A model generated the notes under the pieces. The model was not told where the DNA came from, searched no databases, and saw nothing but the letters and a program-made list of their open reading frames with translations. A stretch of DNA of 64,000 bases from Dicyema japonicum (Eukaryota > Animalia > Dicyemida), in contig RDEW01000018.1 in NCBI GenBank assembly GCA_011109175.1, forward strand, positions 887,345 to 951,344, given 5' to 3'. Positions 23,830 to 37,051 of this stretch are shown in pieces (position 1 is the first letter of the stretch; each line of letters starts with the position of its first letter). The position numbers and the translations under genes are program-made.

Positions 23830-25430
23830 GTCGACATAATTTACGAGACATAATTCAACCAAGAATGATGTTGTGGGTCACCTCGCTATGTCAGTTGGAT
23901 GTGTTTAGAAAAAAACCACCTATTTTCCCTGTTGGTTCTAGGAGATCCCGATGGCGTCCTTCGAGCGGGTTTCAATTAGATCCTCCTAGTGTCGGGAGAT
24001 ATTGAGTCTATCAGGATTTACAGACTACTCAGTCCTCCGTTCGGAGCTGGGAAAATCGACCCACTCAGTCTTCAGACATCAGAGGAGGACATGTCGAATA
24101 CATCGTCATAATGAACAACCGCCATCAACACACAAGATATAGGACTCGTCCCGGGGATTCAAACTCGAATCCTGATCTCTCACTATGTTTATCTCTCACA
24201 TCACTGATTAGCTGGAATGTTATATATGACCTACATTCTGCCTAAAACCCGAGCATCATCGACATTGTTCTATCTTCCCTGTATAACGATCAGGTGAACA
24301 AGGAAAAAGCAAAATGGGATGATTTTAAGGCAGAAATGGAAAAATCTTCGAAAGACATATTTATGGATAACTTTACCTCCTCGGATAAGCCGTGGCTTTA
24401 TTCAACTCCGTCATATAGTCAGCTGATAAGGAATTAGTCCTCAAAGAATACATACAAGTTCCTTCGCCTCATTTGCGAAAGGAGACGCTTAAACGACCAA
24501 AACCAGTCATCAACCCCAAACCAACTATTCTCATTGAATAAGAAAATATACACGTTGATTTCACAAGTCAATAATGAGTTTGTCTCTCATCTCAATCCGA
24601 AATTAAACCTCAAAAATTCTGGCGATTCATCAAAGGTGTTCAGGTAGTCAAACTAAGTCTGGGTCCTCTCGTGGTGGGTATTTGATAAAAATACCCGAAC
24701 TAAAGATTTTTATGTCAGGAAAACGTCCTGATGTATGAGATCAGTCACATTCCAATTTCCAAAAATACTAACGGAGTCAATCACTACAGCTAAGAGGGGT
24801 CATATCCAAGTTTCCGTAACTCTAAAGTCATTGATGGCCAATTTATCTTCCACTAGAAACACCTCGGACCTACGGAGGCATTTATAAATTCTCAGACTAC
24901 ATTCTCTTACCTTGATGGTATCGAAATTCCTAAAAAGAATAGCTTTGAATGAGATTTCATTCCACCTCAACCGGTCTTCATCATCTCCCGCCTCTCCACA
25001 TTAACGCAGTTTATAGCCGACGGTTTCAATAATTATATGCCCCCTGAAATAATTATTCTGGCTTCAATCGATATGATGAAAGCTTTTGACACATTCCTCC
25101 TCTCAAGCAAGATCAGGTAATCAAATGTCCTTCTGCGGTAGTCTTGGGTCACAAATTTCCTTCCGGAAGACTTTGTCAAAACAGTTTATACTTCCATGTC
25201 TTGGTTTCATCACCTCCCCAAGTGTGTTGCTCTATCATTTTCTGCTTTGTATTGACTTACGAAAGTGAGTCGTGGTCCATTGCCATTTCCCGCTCTTCTC
25301 CCGAAACTGTTCACAATCCAAGAAGCTGCCAAAAGAGTCATTGGCCGCAATTTTATGTCCTCCCCTCTGGAAGCAGTTTTGATTGGACGACAACCGAAGA
25401 GGGTGAGGACAGCTACTCAGTTTAACAACC
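23830..25430 (+). mobile_element. degenerate APE-RT LINE (ingi/Vingi-like) with remnant 2A-like leader
   Basis: ILLVSGDIES at 23980; GKIDPLS APE start; GFNNYMPPEIIILASIDMMKAFDT RT domain 3. Confidence 0.6.
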
Positions 25431-26340
25431 CTGGTGGATGAAGCAAATGTAAACTTTTCTCGTAGCTCTACGTAGGCATCTTGATAGTTTTGATTATTTT
25501 GATGGTTGAGAAGTATCCTCCGATCTTGCAGGATCTTTCAACAAGCAACTTACTAGGGTTTGGTTCGTGTCTGCTAATAGATGAGAGTATAGCTACAGTT
25601 CCTAAAGCAATTTGATTTTGGTGATCACAAGACGGCACTTTTTGGTCGTTTTTCAATTTCTCGACACACAAGATGCATCTGACAGATTTTTGGAAGCGTC
25701 CGGTTACCTTCAATTGAAGGAAAAATTAGACCACAGAAATTAATGACTAAAATAATAAAGATTTATTTCACCACCCATGTGACTGTTTATAAATCACGTT
25801 TTCCATCAACCCACATGATAATTTAAAGTTTGTAAAATTATTTTTGTATGACGGCAATTTTTGAAAGAAGACTCGATGAAAAAGTAGAAATAAGGACAGC
25901 AATGATATCATAATTAGATATCAGCGGTGGAAGCACATGAACTGTTTTGAGCTCAAGACGTCGTATGGTGTGTTTTATTAAGATGAGAGTCATTGAGTAA
26001 GTAAAATCTTCAGTATATCTAACAATTTACAATTGTTAGACCAGATCTCGCATTATAAGACAATATAACGTTTTTTAAAATTAATGAAAGTTTTTGTTTT
26101 GGTGTTCAAGTAGAGAATATAGAAATCATCAAAATCTATGTCTCCGTAAATAATTGCCTGGTAAATAAATAAGCCACTATATAGAAAAATTAGTTTCAAA
26201 CTAAATTATAGATCGTGGTTCGGACTCTCTCGGAGATCAGTTAGATGTATCTTATTTAAAAAAAGCATTGAACTAACTTAATTTTTAACAAAGTTTAAGT
26301 GCATAAAATTATAAGAAAATTTAACTAAAAATTATAATGT

Positions 26341-27534
26341 TCAATGGTGGTGAGATTTCTTGAGATTTTGATCTTTATGTCCCAAATTTGAATCTTTGTT
26401 GACGGATTCTTTCAAAGGCTTGGTCTCGCACGTGTGGGTAATTGCCTTGACAGGTTTTGAATATCGCTATGATTAAATATAATATTCAAACATAGGCCGA
26501 GTAATCAATTTTTTGAGATTTGATAAACTGAACCAATATATCTTCCCTCTCCAACCTTTCATCTTCCTTGATTACCCGCGTTGTGTAATTGTCTAACGGT
26601 TGAAATCCAACATTATCTTGTTGGCCCTACCAATCTCAACAGGATGGTACCGATATTTCATTGTTAAAAACATTTGAGGTAATCGATCAAATTATGTGGT
26701 AGTTCGCACAGTTTGTCTCCGTTTTGGATCATAAAGTCAACGATATCTATGCAGTCTTTCATATTATTCATTAAATCAAATTCAATCTGAAATTAGGATT
26801 AAATATACAGGAAATAATGTCGGAGTAAAAACTATGGCCAAATTCTTACTATTCATATTGGGGGACCGATGACCGATTTCATGGAGGAAACAAAATAAGT
26901 TGAATATTCCACACTGAATATATCTCGGCATTAAACGAATTAAGATTGAGTAAGCAGTCAGTTTGTTGGCTTCTGTACATTCTAAACATTATTCCTAATA
27001 TCCCACGTGGTGAAATCAGTCGGACGGCTTCAATAAATTCAAGTGGAATTACTGAAGGCTCAAATGTACGAAGGAGTCGTTTTAGTGCACATGCCAACTC
27101 ATGAATGGTAAAGTAGTTCTGCACTTTAAGGAACTCATCTTTTTTCAGCAGCTCAATGATCTTTGTGACTTTATCATTGTTTCCACTCAATCTGAAGATT
27201 CCCTCCATTAAGTAGTCTATGGTACATTACTCATATGACTACCCTTAAATGATTTAATTTTGTCCATTATCTGTTGGACTCTACTAATCAACCTCAATTT
27301 ATCAGAATCTTCTATGCTTATCTTATATCTCTTACCTTTAACCAGCGTTTTTTTCTTGCTAAAATTATGCATCTTTTTCTTTACTGGTACTTTAATTTCC
27401 ATGAATTCGTGAACACACTCAACTTCTATGTACTGAAAGGCATGCATCATCATAACAGTCCTATAGCTTTCAGGGAAATTAATCATCATTGAAATAATGA
27501 ACTCTTCAAGCATCAAACTGTTCACAAATAACAT
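26341..27534 (-). CDS. RhoGAP domain protein (tiny introns; one apparent homopolymer indel near 26670)
   Basis: DYLMEGIFRLSG, HELACALKRLLRTFEPSVIP, NMNSKNLAIVFTPTLFP after removing 22-26 nt GT-AG introns. Confidence 0.8.
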
Positions 27535-28189
27535 TTAATGTAAGCGAACGGAATACTCAATTTAAATATAACCGGTTCCTTTACGAATATTACTTCCTTA
27601 GACTAATTGATTTAATTATTATCATACTAAAATATTATTAATTCAAACAGCTATTAATAGTAGTATTTAACAATAATAGTCATCTCTCATTTACAACACG
27701 TGTGGAAGTTATTCATGTTACACGTCGATAGAACCTCCCCATGTCGATCTGGGGTCATTTACTTAGTTGGGAACTATCTCTTTTTCTTTGTAACCTTGTT
27801 ATCCTGGGGTAATAATAGTGCTCTTTAACCGGATGTCTACATCGGAATCTTCAATAAGACCCTGTCGTTGGGAGGCCACCTAGAAATAAGAAGCTGAGAA
27901 TATCTTCAACAATCACTTGACCACTACCACAAAGTTTCCCATTACTTGAATCCACTAACCAGAGACACACCTGGAGAACACTCAGGAAAATCTAATCTCC
28001 AGCAAAAGAACAAACCTGGACCAAGAGTAAAAAAACTTCGTATCTACGCATGTCATACGGACCCTCGAAGTGAACAAGATAATGGATCAGAGACTTCATG
28101 AGATAACACTTTAGAAATGCTTCCCCGTGGGCCTTCAGACTGGAACGTGCACACCTCCGATGTGGGCATCATCTATATCTTGTTGGAAG

Positions 28190-29400
28190 AGTTGTTCAGG
28201 ATCTCTTTACTTGCCCTGGAACATAAACGTGGATTGTATAACGTCAAGATGGGTCCCAATACTTCGGGAGTGCATTGATTCTTTACCGCTCCCGTGGATC
28301 TCTAAGAAACTAGACAGGCGCGTAGGGGGTTGCTATTCAGCAGTTTCTCAAACATACCTTCACACATGCTTTTACAAAGGTTTTTCTGGGATGGGAAACT
28401 TCCGACTACTCCGCATTGTTGGTCTCTGATGATTCTGTGAGAGGTGAGGATCACATTGACCAACACCTGAATGGAGTTTAGGGAAAAATGGGGGTGTTCT
28501 AAATCTATGGGAGTGTGGATTTCCAGATCGCCGAAGCAGACAAATAGGATGCTTGGTCCATTCTTGATCGTCAAATTTCAGTTTCGTACAACGTTCAATA
28601 GTGGAAGGAAGAGGGAGTGATTAGATTGAACTGTTTTATTCTTAGAACCAAGGTACCTTGTGGTTGTGGTGGACATGTTTCAGTTTTGTGCTAATAGGGA
28701 GTTCCTCAATAGAACATGATGTATACCCGTCCAGCGTCTCAAGATGTGCGAATGTCATTTTATTTGTCCTCCTTTGAGAGTATCTCTAATTTCACGTCTT
28801 AAAGGGTATCCAAGTACCTCCAGTTGGTGTGATGGTCTCCGAGGGCTTTGGAATGATCTATCAAAACGAGAAAAAATCAGATTAAATTCAAAGTGGGGGA
28901 ATCCAAAATTGGTGACCTCACATTTTGAAGTATTAAGACTAAAGTCGAGGCTCTCCTGTTGAAGCATTAGTCTTCTTAGATTCTCTAACACATTGTTTGT
29001 TGGTCACCATAGTTCGTCATCAAAGTATATAGATTAACACCCCGTCACTAAATTGAACAAGAGCTGGTTGCAGTGGATCCCCTTTTGGAGACCCGAGGAC
29101 GAGATAATGAAGTATTTGCTGTGACCCAGGCTTGACGTTTTTGTGTAAGGGCCACGCCCATATTTGTATTTTGAGGGAGAGTCCTCCAAAATTACATCAC
29201 GACGTATGCTGTCGAAGGTGTTTTAACATCAATTTGGGAATCATGGGGAATATTCATGTCTTTGAGCGTAACTGTCAAAACAGAGTGTACTTTTACTTCT
29301 CAACCTTCGAGACTGTCGACCCCTACTTCATTGGCTTAAGAGATCACACAAAAAACCAGACAACTTAAACACCAAAACTTGCTCTCAATAAATTTTAAGG
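28190..29400 (-). CDS. uncharacterised multi-exon gene (boundaries uncertain)
   Basis: Open segments linked by candidate 20-25 nt GT-AG introns (e.g. gtgaccaacaaacaatgtgttag, gtatgtttgagaaactgctgaatag); hydrophobic N-terminus; no family recognised. Confidence 0.35.
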
Positions 29401-29425
29401 TTTAAGACATACAATTTGTTAAAAA

Positions 29426-30421
29426 TCAAATAATCTCAAAATCTCCATTGGCAAATACCCTAATGGATCGCTCAGGAATACACGACAGCTCCCCCAGTGC
29501 TAATTCCTTCTTATAATCAACGACAGTCTCCTCTGCCGAACATTCACTCAAATCAATATAAAAAGGGAGTAACGGGGACTTATGCAACTTCACCCCCACT
29601 GTCTTTATATTATTCCACTCCTGGAATTTTAACGACGATTCTACTAAAGGCTTCAATTATGTTATCAGTCAAGAACTGCTCCCCCAACGAGCTGGTCCCA
29701 ACCATGAAAGAACTAAAAGATGAGGACCAATCTTACCTAGTAGAAGCTCCCCCTCGAATAATACAGCCAATAGTGCACAAAGCTCGACGGACTTCTCTTG
29801 GAAGACTGAACTCTGAGCAATTCAAGGGAATCGGGATCCTGAGTTAACCCACATTTACTTTGCACAAGTCATAAACTTTGACCCCAGAAAATTACGCACG
29901 TGATGCTTTATAGACTTGTCTACCCAAAATACATCAAATGAGGCGCCCAGGTTTCTTTTAGCCTCAAAGGGTATGAACTCTTGTTTGAGCTTCATCATTG
30001 GGAAGATCTGGGGTCAACAATAAAAGAACCTCAATGGATTCTAGGCATTTCATGTTATTGAGTCTTTGTTTGACTGTCTCGACTGTGTGATGTACACCCA
30101 CGCCTTCGTTGAGTCTGAGAGCTATTAATTCGTGTTGTAGCACCTCCTGCTGGTCAACGGAAGGTAACTTGAGGTCTTTGTGGAATAAACAGATTTGCGG
30201 ATTTTCTGGCACAGTTCTGTGAGGAAGTCTGCAATAAATTATGGTTTTGGATGATTTTAGGGATTTCTTGAGTGAAAATTGAACGTATATTTTGGATTCT
30301 GCAGAGGAATTAAAAATGTCCTTATTTTCCTTAGACAATTTTGTATTATATTGTAACAATGCATGAACTGCTTCTTTAACCTACATAAGAGAAATTTTGT
30401 CACCTTATTTGAATTTAACAT
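29426..30421 (-). CDS. RSL1D1: ribosomal L1 domain-containing protein (RSL1D1/Cic1/Utp30-like)
   Basis: VKEAVHALL...RLPHRTVPENPQICLF...LKQEFIPFEAKRNLGASFDVFWVD...WNNIKTVGVK...LLPFY; introns of 20-24 nt; one apparent indel near 29630. Confidence 0.75.
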
Positions 30422-31503
30422 AAAACTGAATCAAAAGCACGTGCAATGTAATCTTTATAAATATAATTTTAAATAATTTAAAAAATATAATATAAATATT
30501 TTAAATAAGCTATTATATAAAATGTCCTTTAATAATAATAATAAAAATGGAAAGTGCCCGTAAGGCCAGTTAGGTAAGTGGCCAATTGGTTGGAAAGTTG
30601 AGGTGGTCCTTGTCATCCTTCTCATGAGATTGGACGAAATGATTCACTCGGAAGACATCGAAAACTTGAATTTTTGAACAAAGTAAGTGTCTGATGCTCA
30701 TAGGATCTGTATTCGAATCTTGTCCAGTTTGAAATTAAAGGAACATTGAGGATCATCTGTCACGAACTTCGTGTATAGGAAATTAGTTGGTATGCTTATA
30801 CTTGTTATGCCAATATCTAGCCACATTCCTGAACTTACCACCATTTGGAGTCTTTCCTATCCGTAAAGACAAGGATCATTTGGATCCCGATTAGACTAAG
30901 TCGGAATATAGAATAATACAACTTCAACAATTTTTTACTAACCAGGAAATGAAGAGGAATACTACCTTGGATTCTTACTTATCCTCCTTTTCATAGTTGG
31001 GGGATAAAATTGGACGAAGCACTTGGAAGAGTTGAGAAGAATAGAAAGTGAAATCAGGGGAGCTATTGGAATCTTCTTGAATTGTGGAAGAGGGTGCATT
31101 TAGGCGGTGGTCGTTCAGGCATACTAAATGGTCCTGTTCAGATAGGATATGAAGTTAAGGGAAGTTCACCAAGCAGGACTCTTGGCCTTAAAATTCCAAC
31201 AAATTAAAAAGTTTTCAATGGTGGAAAGGCTGAATAGTCGGTGAAGGTAGTCCCCTGAGCAACTTTTTGTGGTGGAATGTAGAGATTAAAGATCGTGTGA
31301 GGTTTAAAAAACTACCGGTATCCCACAAGCACAATAATACATATCATCTAGTGTCTTGGAGTACCAATGGTCAAGTCATAAAGGGTCAACATAGTGCAAG
31401 TCCACGTTATAGACAGTAAAAAACAAAATAATCCGTAATTGGCGAAACAAAAAAAATTCAAAAAATCAAAATAAATAGAATTTAAAAATATAAATAAAAA
31501 CTA

Positions 31504-33111
31504 TCAATGTCTGGAAGAGTTGGTGTACCTCATAGCATCGTGCTTATTAAAAATGCAGAGGAATGTAATCAAAGCGGAAATCAGGAAAATAATGTTGAAC
31601 CACCTTTGGTAAAAATCAAATCTAAGGCCTTCCAAAATGGAAGTAATTATGGTCCTATACTCCGGAGGCACAGTGGACCTCATCAGTAACACGGAGGAGA
31701 CACAGTACATCCCCTAACCAATGAGACCATAATCTACCATGATCTCCGCCATCACCAAAAACAATAATGTCAGAAAAGGTCCCTTCGTTTGCCGCCCCTG
31801 TGAACAACCTCTCAAGATTCAACAGAAGACCCCTCACACTGGTCACTGCCAGGATCCCCACTGCCATAAACGACGCCTGTTGAGACCACAGTTTCACCTA
31901 TGCCATAAAATAGCTCACTACGTCAATGTCGATCGAAAGAAAGCCTACCAAGATCGCTATTCCATTAGTAACGGGGTCCGCCCCGCCCACACGATTAAGT
32001 AGAATGCTGACGATCGTCTAAAGGTCACTCAAAATGCCACAATAAAAATCTTCCAGCAGCAGTAACCGAAGAACAACCAACCGACGATGTTGAAATAGAT
32101 CCCCTTGTAGGTTAGTGACTCTAGTATGAGTTTCTAATGGGTGAGAGTGGTGGGTACCCGCTGTCTGGCCAACTCTCGATATTCAAGGTAGTACCAGGTG
32201 AACGAATCCTCTAGCAGTTCAATCTCACGTGCTAGTTTTCCTAGGCTTCAATACAAGATAAACCGATCTCATCGTCCTCTGAGCTGAAATACTTGGAAAA
32301 AACGTGGAAACTCCGACTTTTGAGAAGGTTTTCCTCGTTCCTTAAAAGTATGAGTCTACGCTTAGAGCCACGTGGACCTCCTTTTCTTTCCAATAATCAT
32401 ATTCAGTGTGACCATGACCTGGTTCTTGGCAAACTCAACGTCCCGATCCTCGACTCGGCTAAAATCAAAAGAAGAGGTACCAGAGGAAGTAGAACATGGT
32501 ATTGTAAGGGTAGGTGATGACTCCGACCCCTGACAGAAGGGCAATAACGGCGACTCCAATGATTCCAACTCGACGACCGCCTGCTCGAGAGAGAGGTACC
32601 CTGGGTTGGGGAAAGAAAAATACCTGCCTTGTGGGAAATGAATGGGAACGGATTTCCGATCTTCCAGAAGAGGCAGAATAGGAAGGCCCAAAGAAGGGTG
32701 ATGAGGAACCGACGAAGACTACGATTAGCTGGAATATAAGAGAAGGATACTGAATGGGAGAGACTGCACAAGGGTGTAAGCCATGTGGAGGGGAATAACG
32801 AAAATTATGAAGAAAATCATCATCACGAGGCTGAACTTCCAATGAAAATGGCGGGAACTAGGCTTGGGAATAAGTAATACTCTTGGGAGAGGATATCGAG
32901 GATCTCGAAAATTATTAGTTCAAATAAGGTGCACGAGAAGGCGAAGGTGAGGGAGAAAAGGAGAATCACGCTGAAGTTACGGATTTGGTAGTCACGGAAA
33001 AGTTTTTCGAGGAAGAATATCCACGATCCAAGGAAGAAGATGATCTGTTTTGGTTAAAGAATAGAATACCTGGCTTGCTAAGACAACTATAGAATCTATA
33101 ACGATCGGCAT
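31504..33111 (-). CDS. GPR89: Golgi pH regulator GPR89/GPHR
   Basis: MPIVIDSIVVLASQ/IIFFLGSWIFF...FAFSCTLFELIIFEIL...FWKIGNPFP...RVGIIGV...MYCVSSVLLMR...FYQRWFNIIFLISA; first four introns 25, 23, 22, 23 nt; a single missing G near 32575. Confidence 0.9.
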
Positions 33112-33194
33112 CAGCACATGAACGTAGAATTCTTTTGGATTATTTATATTTTATTATATAAATTAAAAAATTAATATCACTATATTTTATTTCA

Positions 33195-33960
33195 AATATT
33201 ATTATTTCAAATTGATCCATAGATGGAATGCTCTGGCATCCAACCTAGTCAGCCGGCTCTCTGGACATCGCCTGGATTGTTTCCAAAATTCGAGGGAGGC
33301 GGTTGATGGATCTTGGCTTGGGGTTTACCCATGTCAAGAAGTTGGTGGATTGTTGGATGATGACTCACTTCGTACAGCTGTATGTCTACACCTCGGATTG
33401 CCTGTTTGCACCAAATCGAAGTGCAAATGTGGCTGTCTATCGGACGAACTGGGTCTCCACCTCCTCTCATGCCGGAGCGGAATTGGCAGATCTTCTCGAC
33501 ATTCGGCAATGAACGGCATCATTAAGAAAGCATTAGAATCGGCTGGATTCCGTTGCCGGATCGAACCGACTGGTCTATTTGACAACGGAAGACGCCCTGA
33601 CGGCATGACCTCCTTTCCTTTTGAGCGAGGGCGAAACCTTGTATGGGATGTGACCTGTGTCTGCTCTTTCGCCCCAAGCAAAAAAATTATTCACCGGGCA
33701 GACCTTCTTCTCAAGCAGAGGAAGTAAAAAATGCTAAATACTCTGATATCAGCGACAGGTACATTTTCGCACCTGTCGCGATTGAAACTTCGGGGAACTT
33801 TGGCCCTTCCTGAACCATTTGGGAAAACTACTAACTGACAAAACTGGTGATCTTCGTGAGACGAGATGGCTCAAGGAGAGGCTCTCGTTGGCTGTTGTCC
33901 GTGGGAATAGCTTGTGCATCTCCCAACAGCTGAATTAAAATTAACTATTCTTTTTCCATT
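33195..33960 (+). mobile_element. 5'-truncated CRE-like retrotransposon (third subfamily)
   Basis: CKCGCLSDELGLHLLSC...RHSAMN...RRPDGMT..WDVTCV...WLKERLSLAVVRGN. Confidence 0.85.
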
Positions 33961-34009
33961 TAAAATTTTGTAAAAAAAAAAAAATCGTTTAAGTGTTTTT
34001 ATTTTTAAT

Positions 34010-34240
34010 AAAACCGGGGAGGAGCATCGGGCCAAGATGAGGTCCCTGCTAGAGCGTGCTGGGATCACGTGATTAGTTAGTTTGTGTGACCGTGGTCTGG
34101 TGTTATTATTATTATTATTAACTGGAAATTTTACTGTGTCGGCTCTCGGGAGGAGCACCGAAAAGGATGAGGCGGCTGCTTAAAGAGGCAACCCACAATC
34201 TCATTTATTTAGTCGGTGATTCTTGGTTTTAAATAAATAA
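34010..34240 (+). mobile_element. two short 3' ends of the ATCACGTGAT-tail LINE family
   Basis: gggatcacgtgattag...accgtggtctggtgttattatt, followed by a more diverged second copy. Confidence 0.55.
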
Positions 34241-34949
34241 CTGGAAATAAGTGTCGGAAAATATCCAGATTGTTCCGGGTTTGCTTCTAGCTGCTGTCCA
34301 TTCCGACTGAAGGTTTCCTGCATATACGACGTTTCTTGGCTTTACAAATGACCCCCGTCTTCAGTGATACCCACTAGTGACAGGATTGTCTTCAGGGACT
34401 CACACGCAACAATAAGAAAAAAATAAATTGAGAAAAATCTATATTTTGGCTTCAGGTATTTCATATCTCGTTTGGCCATAAATAAATAAGCTTTATCGAT
34501 TTACTGTAATTAACAGAGGAATTAACATTTTTAATCAATGTGTGCTTGCACTGCATTTTCAATGTTATCTTTATTTAAAATGGTTCGCCAACAACAAAAT
34601 TTAATTAATTTTTAATTTTAAAAACCTTAAGACCACTAAGAAAGAAATGATAACTCACTAATTAGGTGATCCCATCCTCCAAAATCTCCCGAATTTTCCT
34701 TGAATGTTCCTTCAGCGACCAAACTGACCTCAGGAAGTTCCTTCTTTGTGTCTGCAGAGGAACTCTATCGGAGTACACTTCTTTATGGTCGATCTGAATT
34801 CCTCTTCATGTGCCGCCTTTCTAACCCTGGTCATTTCTCAACGAGGTCGCTTCTGAAAAGAAACTGGGGATGGATCTACTATGATCCAGCTAAACCTCCA
34901 CCTAACCCTAAGCTAAGGAGAAGGAAATAATGCTCGATAATCTGTTTTA

Positions 34950-36830
34950 TCTTATATTATAGGTTCGATAACACTGCCTACCTTAATTTGGACCCTGCTG
35001 TTCTCAGCTACAGATTCCATCTTATGAGTCCGCAACTGTCTGGTGTGGCGAACACCATACTAGTGCATAGTAGAAGATGAAGACTCATGACTACCACGTT
35101 ATGCCTCCATACTTAGCATGCAAAAAAGATCTGATAGTGGCTAGGTGGGTTGCCCGTGTTTTCTCGGTCGTTATTATGGCGTGCTTCCTAGCACAAACAC
35201 TTCTCCCAGCTATCAGTGTGTCGTGCAATCGCATAAGGATCTGCTCACTTAGTTGGACTAATCCACAAGGCTAAATTTATCACGGGGTAAATATAGTCTT
35301 TCCTTGGATGCCAGCACATGGAAATTCAGTAATTTGTTTCTTCGTCTCAGGCATTATAAGGGACTTTGGAGTTTCGGTAACACCAAGATACTTATCCTTC
35401 GTGTTCCTCTAGGACTCTTACTAACTCGCTACATACTTGCGTGTTAGACGCAGACTTTGAATAATTCAAATCTAGTCCTATACTCTCAAAGAATTCACTG
35501 GCACAGACCACCATGGAGTAGAGCTCCTCGGCTGTTCTAGTATACATCTTCAGGTCATCGATAAAAAAGAAGGTGATTTGTACTGAAACAAACACCCTCA
35601 CAATCAACTGATATTTGCCAAACTGGGTCATTGGGGCGGTGACTCATTAGAAGAGAATTGGATTGGCCTCGACAAAGCTCATGACCTCATCAACCATCAA
35701 TTTGGTCATCAGCTTATACTGGGTTGGCATGAGGATATCGATCGATAATCTGCAGCAGACTGAGGGTTGTCCAGCTTTAGGATCAAATTGTTTCGGTGCA
35801 GGCCCAATCAGGAATTGTTTCTTGGTTAGTGATGTTTTCTGTAATACGCGACACATAGACTCGTGCAATGAAATGCATCTTCTGATAAATTATACACTTT
35901 ATCTACCCCGGTCGTTTCCCAATCGGAAAGACGTCTCACTATCGCCTCAAATTTCTTGCAAAATCGAAAATTCTGCAAGATTCCGCCAAGAAAGGAGCGG
36001 TGCTGTACGGGAAATTCCACGCATTACCGAGTCCTGTTGGAAACATGCACTATGGCCATTTTCGTGTAGGTGACGGTATAACAATCTGAGATTAAACTCA
36101 AGCAGATTATTTTTCCTCTTCTTCACTTACACCGACTTTCATGAGCATAGAGTTTCCTCTTATACACCATTATTGTCCTCCCCAATTTTTTAAGGTCGCA
36201 TTTGGGAATACGGAGTTTACTAAGTAACCCTTATACTATAGGCGGTGCTCTTCCTTTAACCCCTCTCGCCACACTTGTACTTGTACGTCGACTCCTAGTA
36301 GGTGATCTGTGCTGAATACATTACTAGGGAGATGTTACCCAGTGACTTTATTGGATTAGCTTCCATCGCATAAGCCACAGCCTTTTTAATACAGGTTAAC
36401 ACTACTCAGATAACTATACTACGAGGGATCTTGCGAGTAAATCTTTGGTCCCTAGGGAAAATCTGCCGTTGCAGCGAGATTCAGCGCAAAGCTTGAGCTG
36501 CAACGTATCACAGCTCTGATACTATTGCTTTCTTTGACAGTTGTGATCATCTGGTCCCCGCCCCCTTTAGAGCAGAACTGCTCGTCTGACCCTCTTTGTC
36601 TACAGCAATGTTCTTGAGTTCACTCAGATATAGCAGTACTGAATCTGCCACTGCAGAGCTCCGCCAAATATGGCCAGCCATTCAAGAGCATCCAGGATAG
36701 CATGCTACTTGGTATAGTTATATATTATACTAAAGATAGCTCTTGCCCATAGCGAGATCGATGTTCTGGAAGTGCTACCAGTATAAACGAATAAGATGTT
36801 CGAGAAAGCGAAGACTATAAGTAGAAAGTT
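34950..36830 (-). mobile_element. degenerate R4/Dong-like RLE retrotransposon (5' head to partial RT, internally deleted)
   Basis: ISLVMYSAQITY, LLEFNLRLLYRHL, YKLMTKLM, FFIDDLKMY, YKYLGV, KERLYLPRDK motifs in the order expected for this clade. Confidence 0.75.
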
Positions 36831-36866
36831 TTTTCAATTTTTTGAAAAAAATAAACATCATAAAAA

Positions 36867-36942
36867 TGGTCCCCGACCGGATTCGAACCGGCAACATAGT
36901 GACTTTGAAACCACTGCTCTAAAAATTGGAGCTACGAGGACC
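36867..36942 (-). tRNA. tRNA-like gene copy 1 (atypical anticodon arm, isotype undetermined)
   Basis: Cloverleaf: acceptor GGTCCTCG/CGGGGACC, D stem GCTC/GAGC, T arm GCCGG-TTCGAAT-CCGGT, then A plus a T-run; one D-loop difference from copies 2-8. Confidence 0.6.
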
Positions 36943-37051
36943 ATTTCTATTGTTCTATATTCCTATTAGCCTCTGCATCTCAATATCCTTGGTATGATCT
37001 CCCTTTTTCCAATCCTGGATCCTCAATTAACGAAACAGTAGTACAATAATC

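Noticed and set aside
30547-31420. Plus-strand intron-containing gene between RSL1D1 and GPR89
   Set aside because: It has gtaagt...ag intron-like pieces, but every splice model tried retains several stops and no product was recognised.
32560-32590. Programmed frameshifts in GPR89 (and similar breaks in RSL1D1 and the RhoGAP)
   Set aside because: Each break is a small indel with no slippery-site context, consistent with long-read error.
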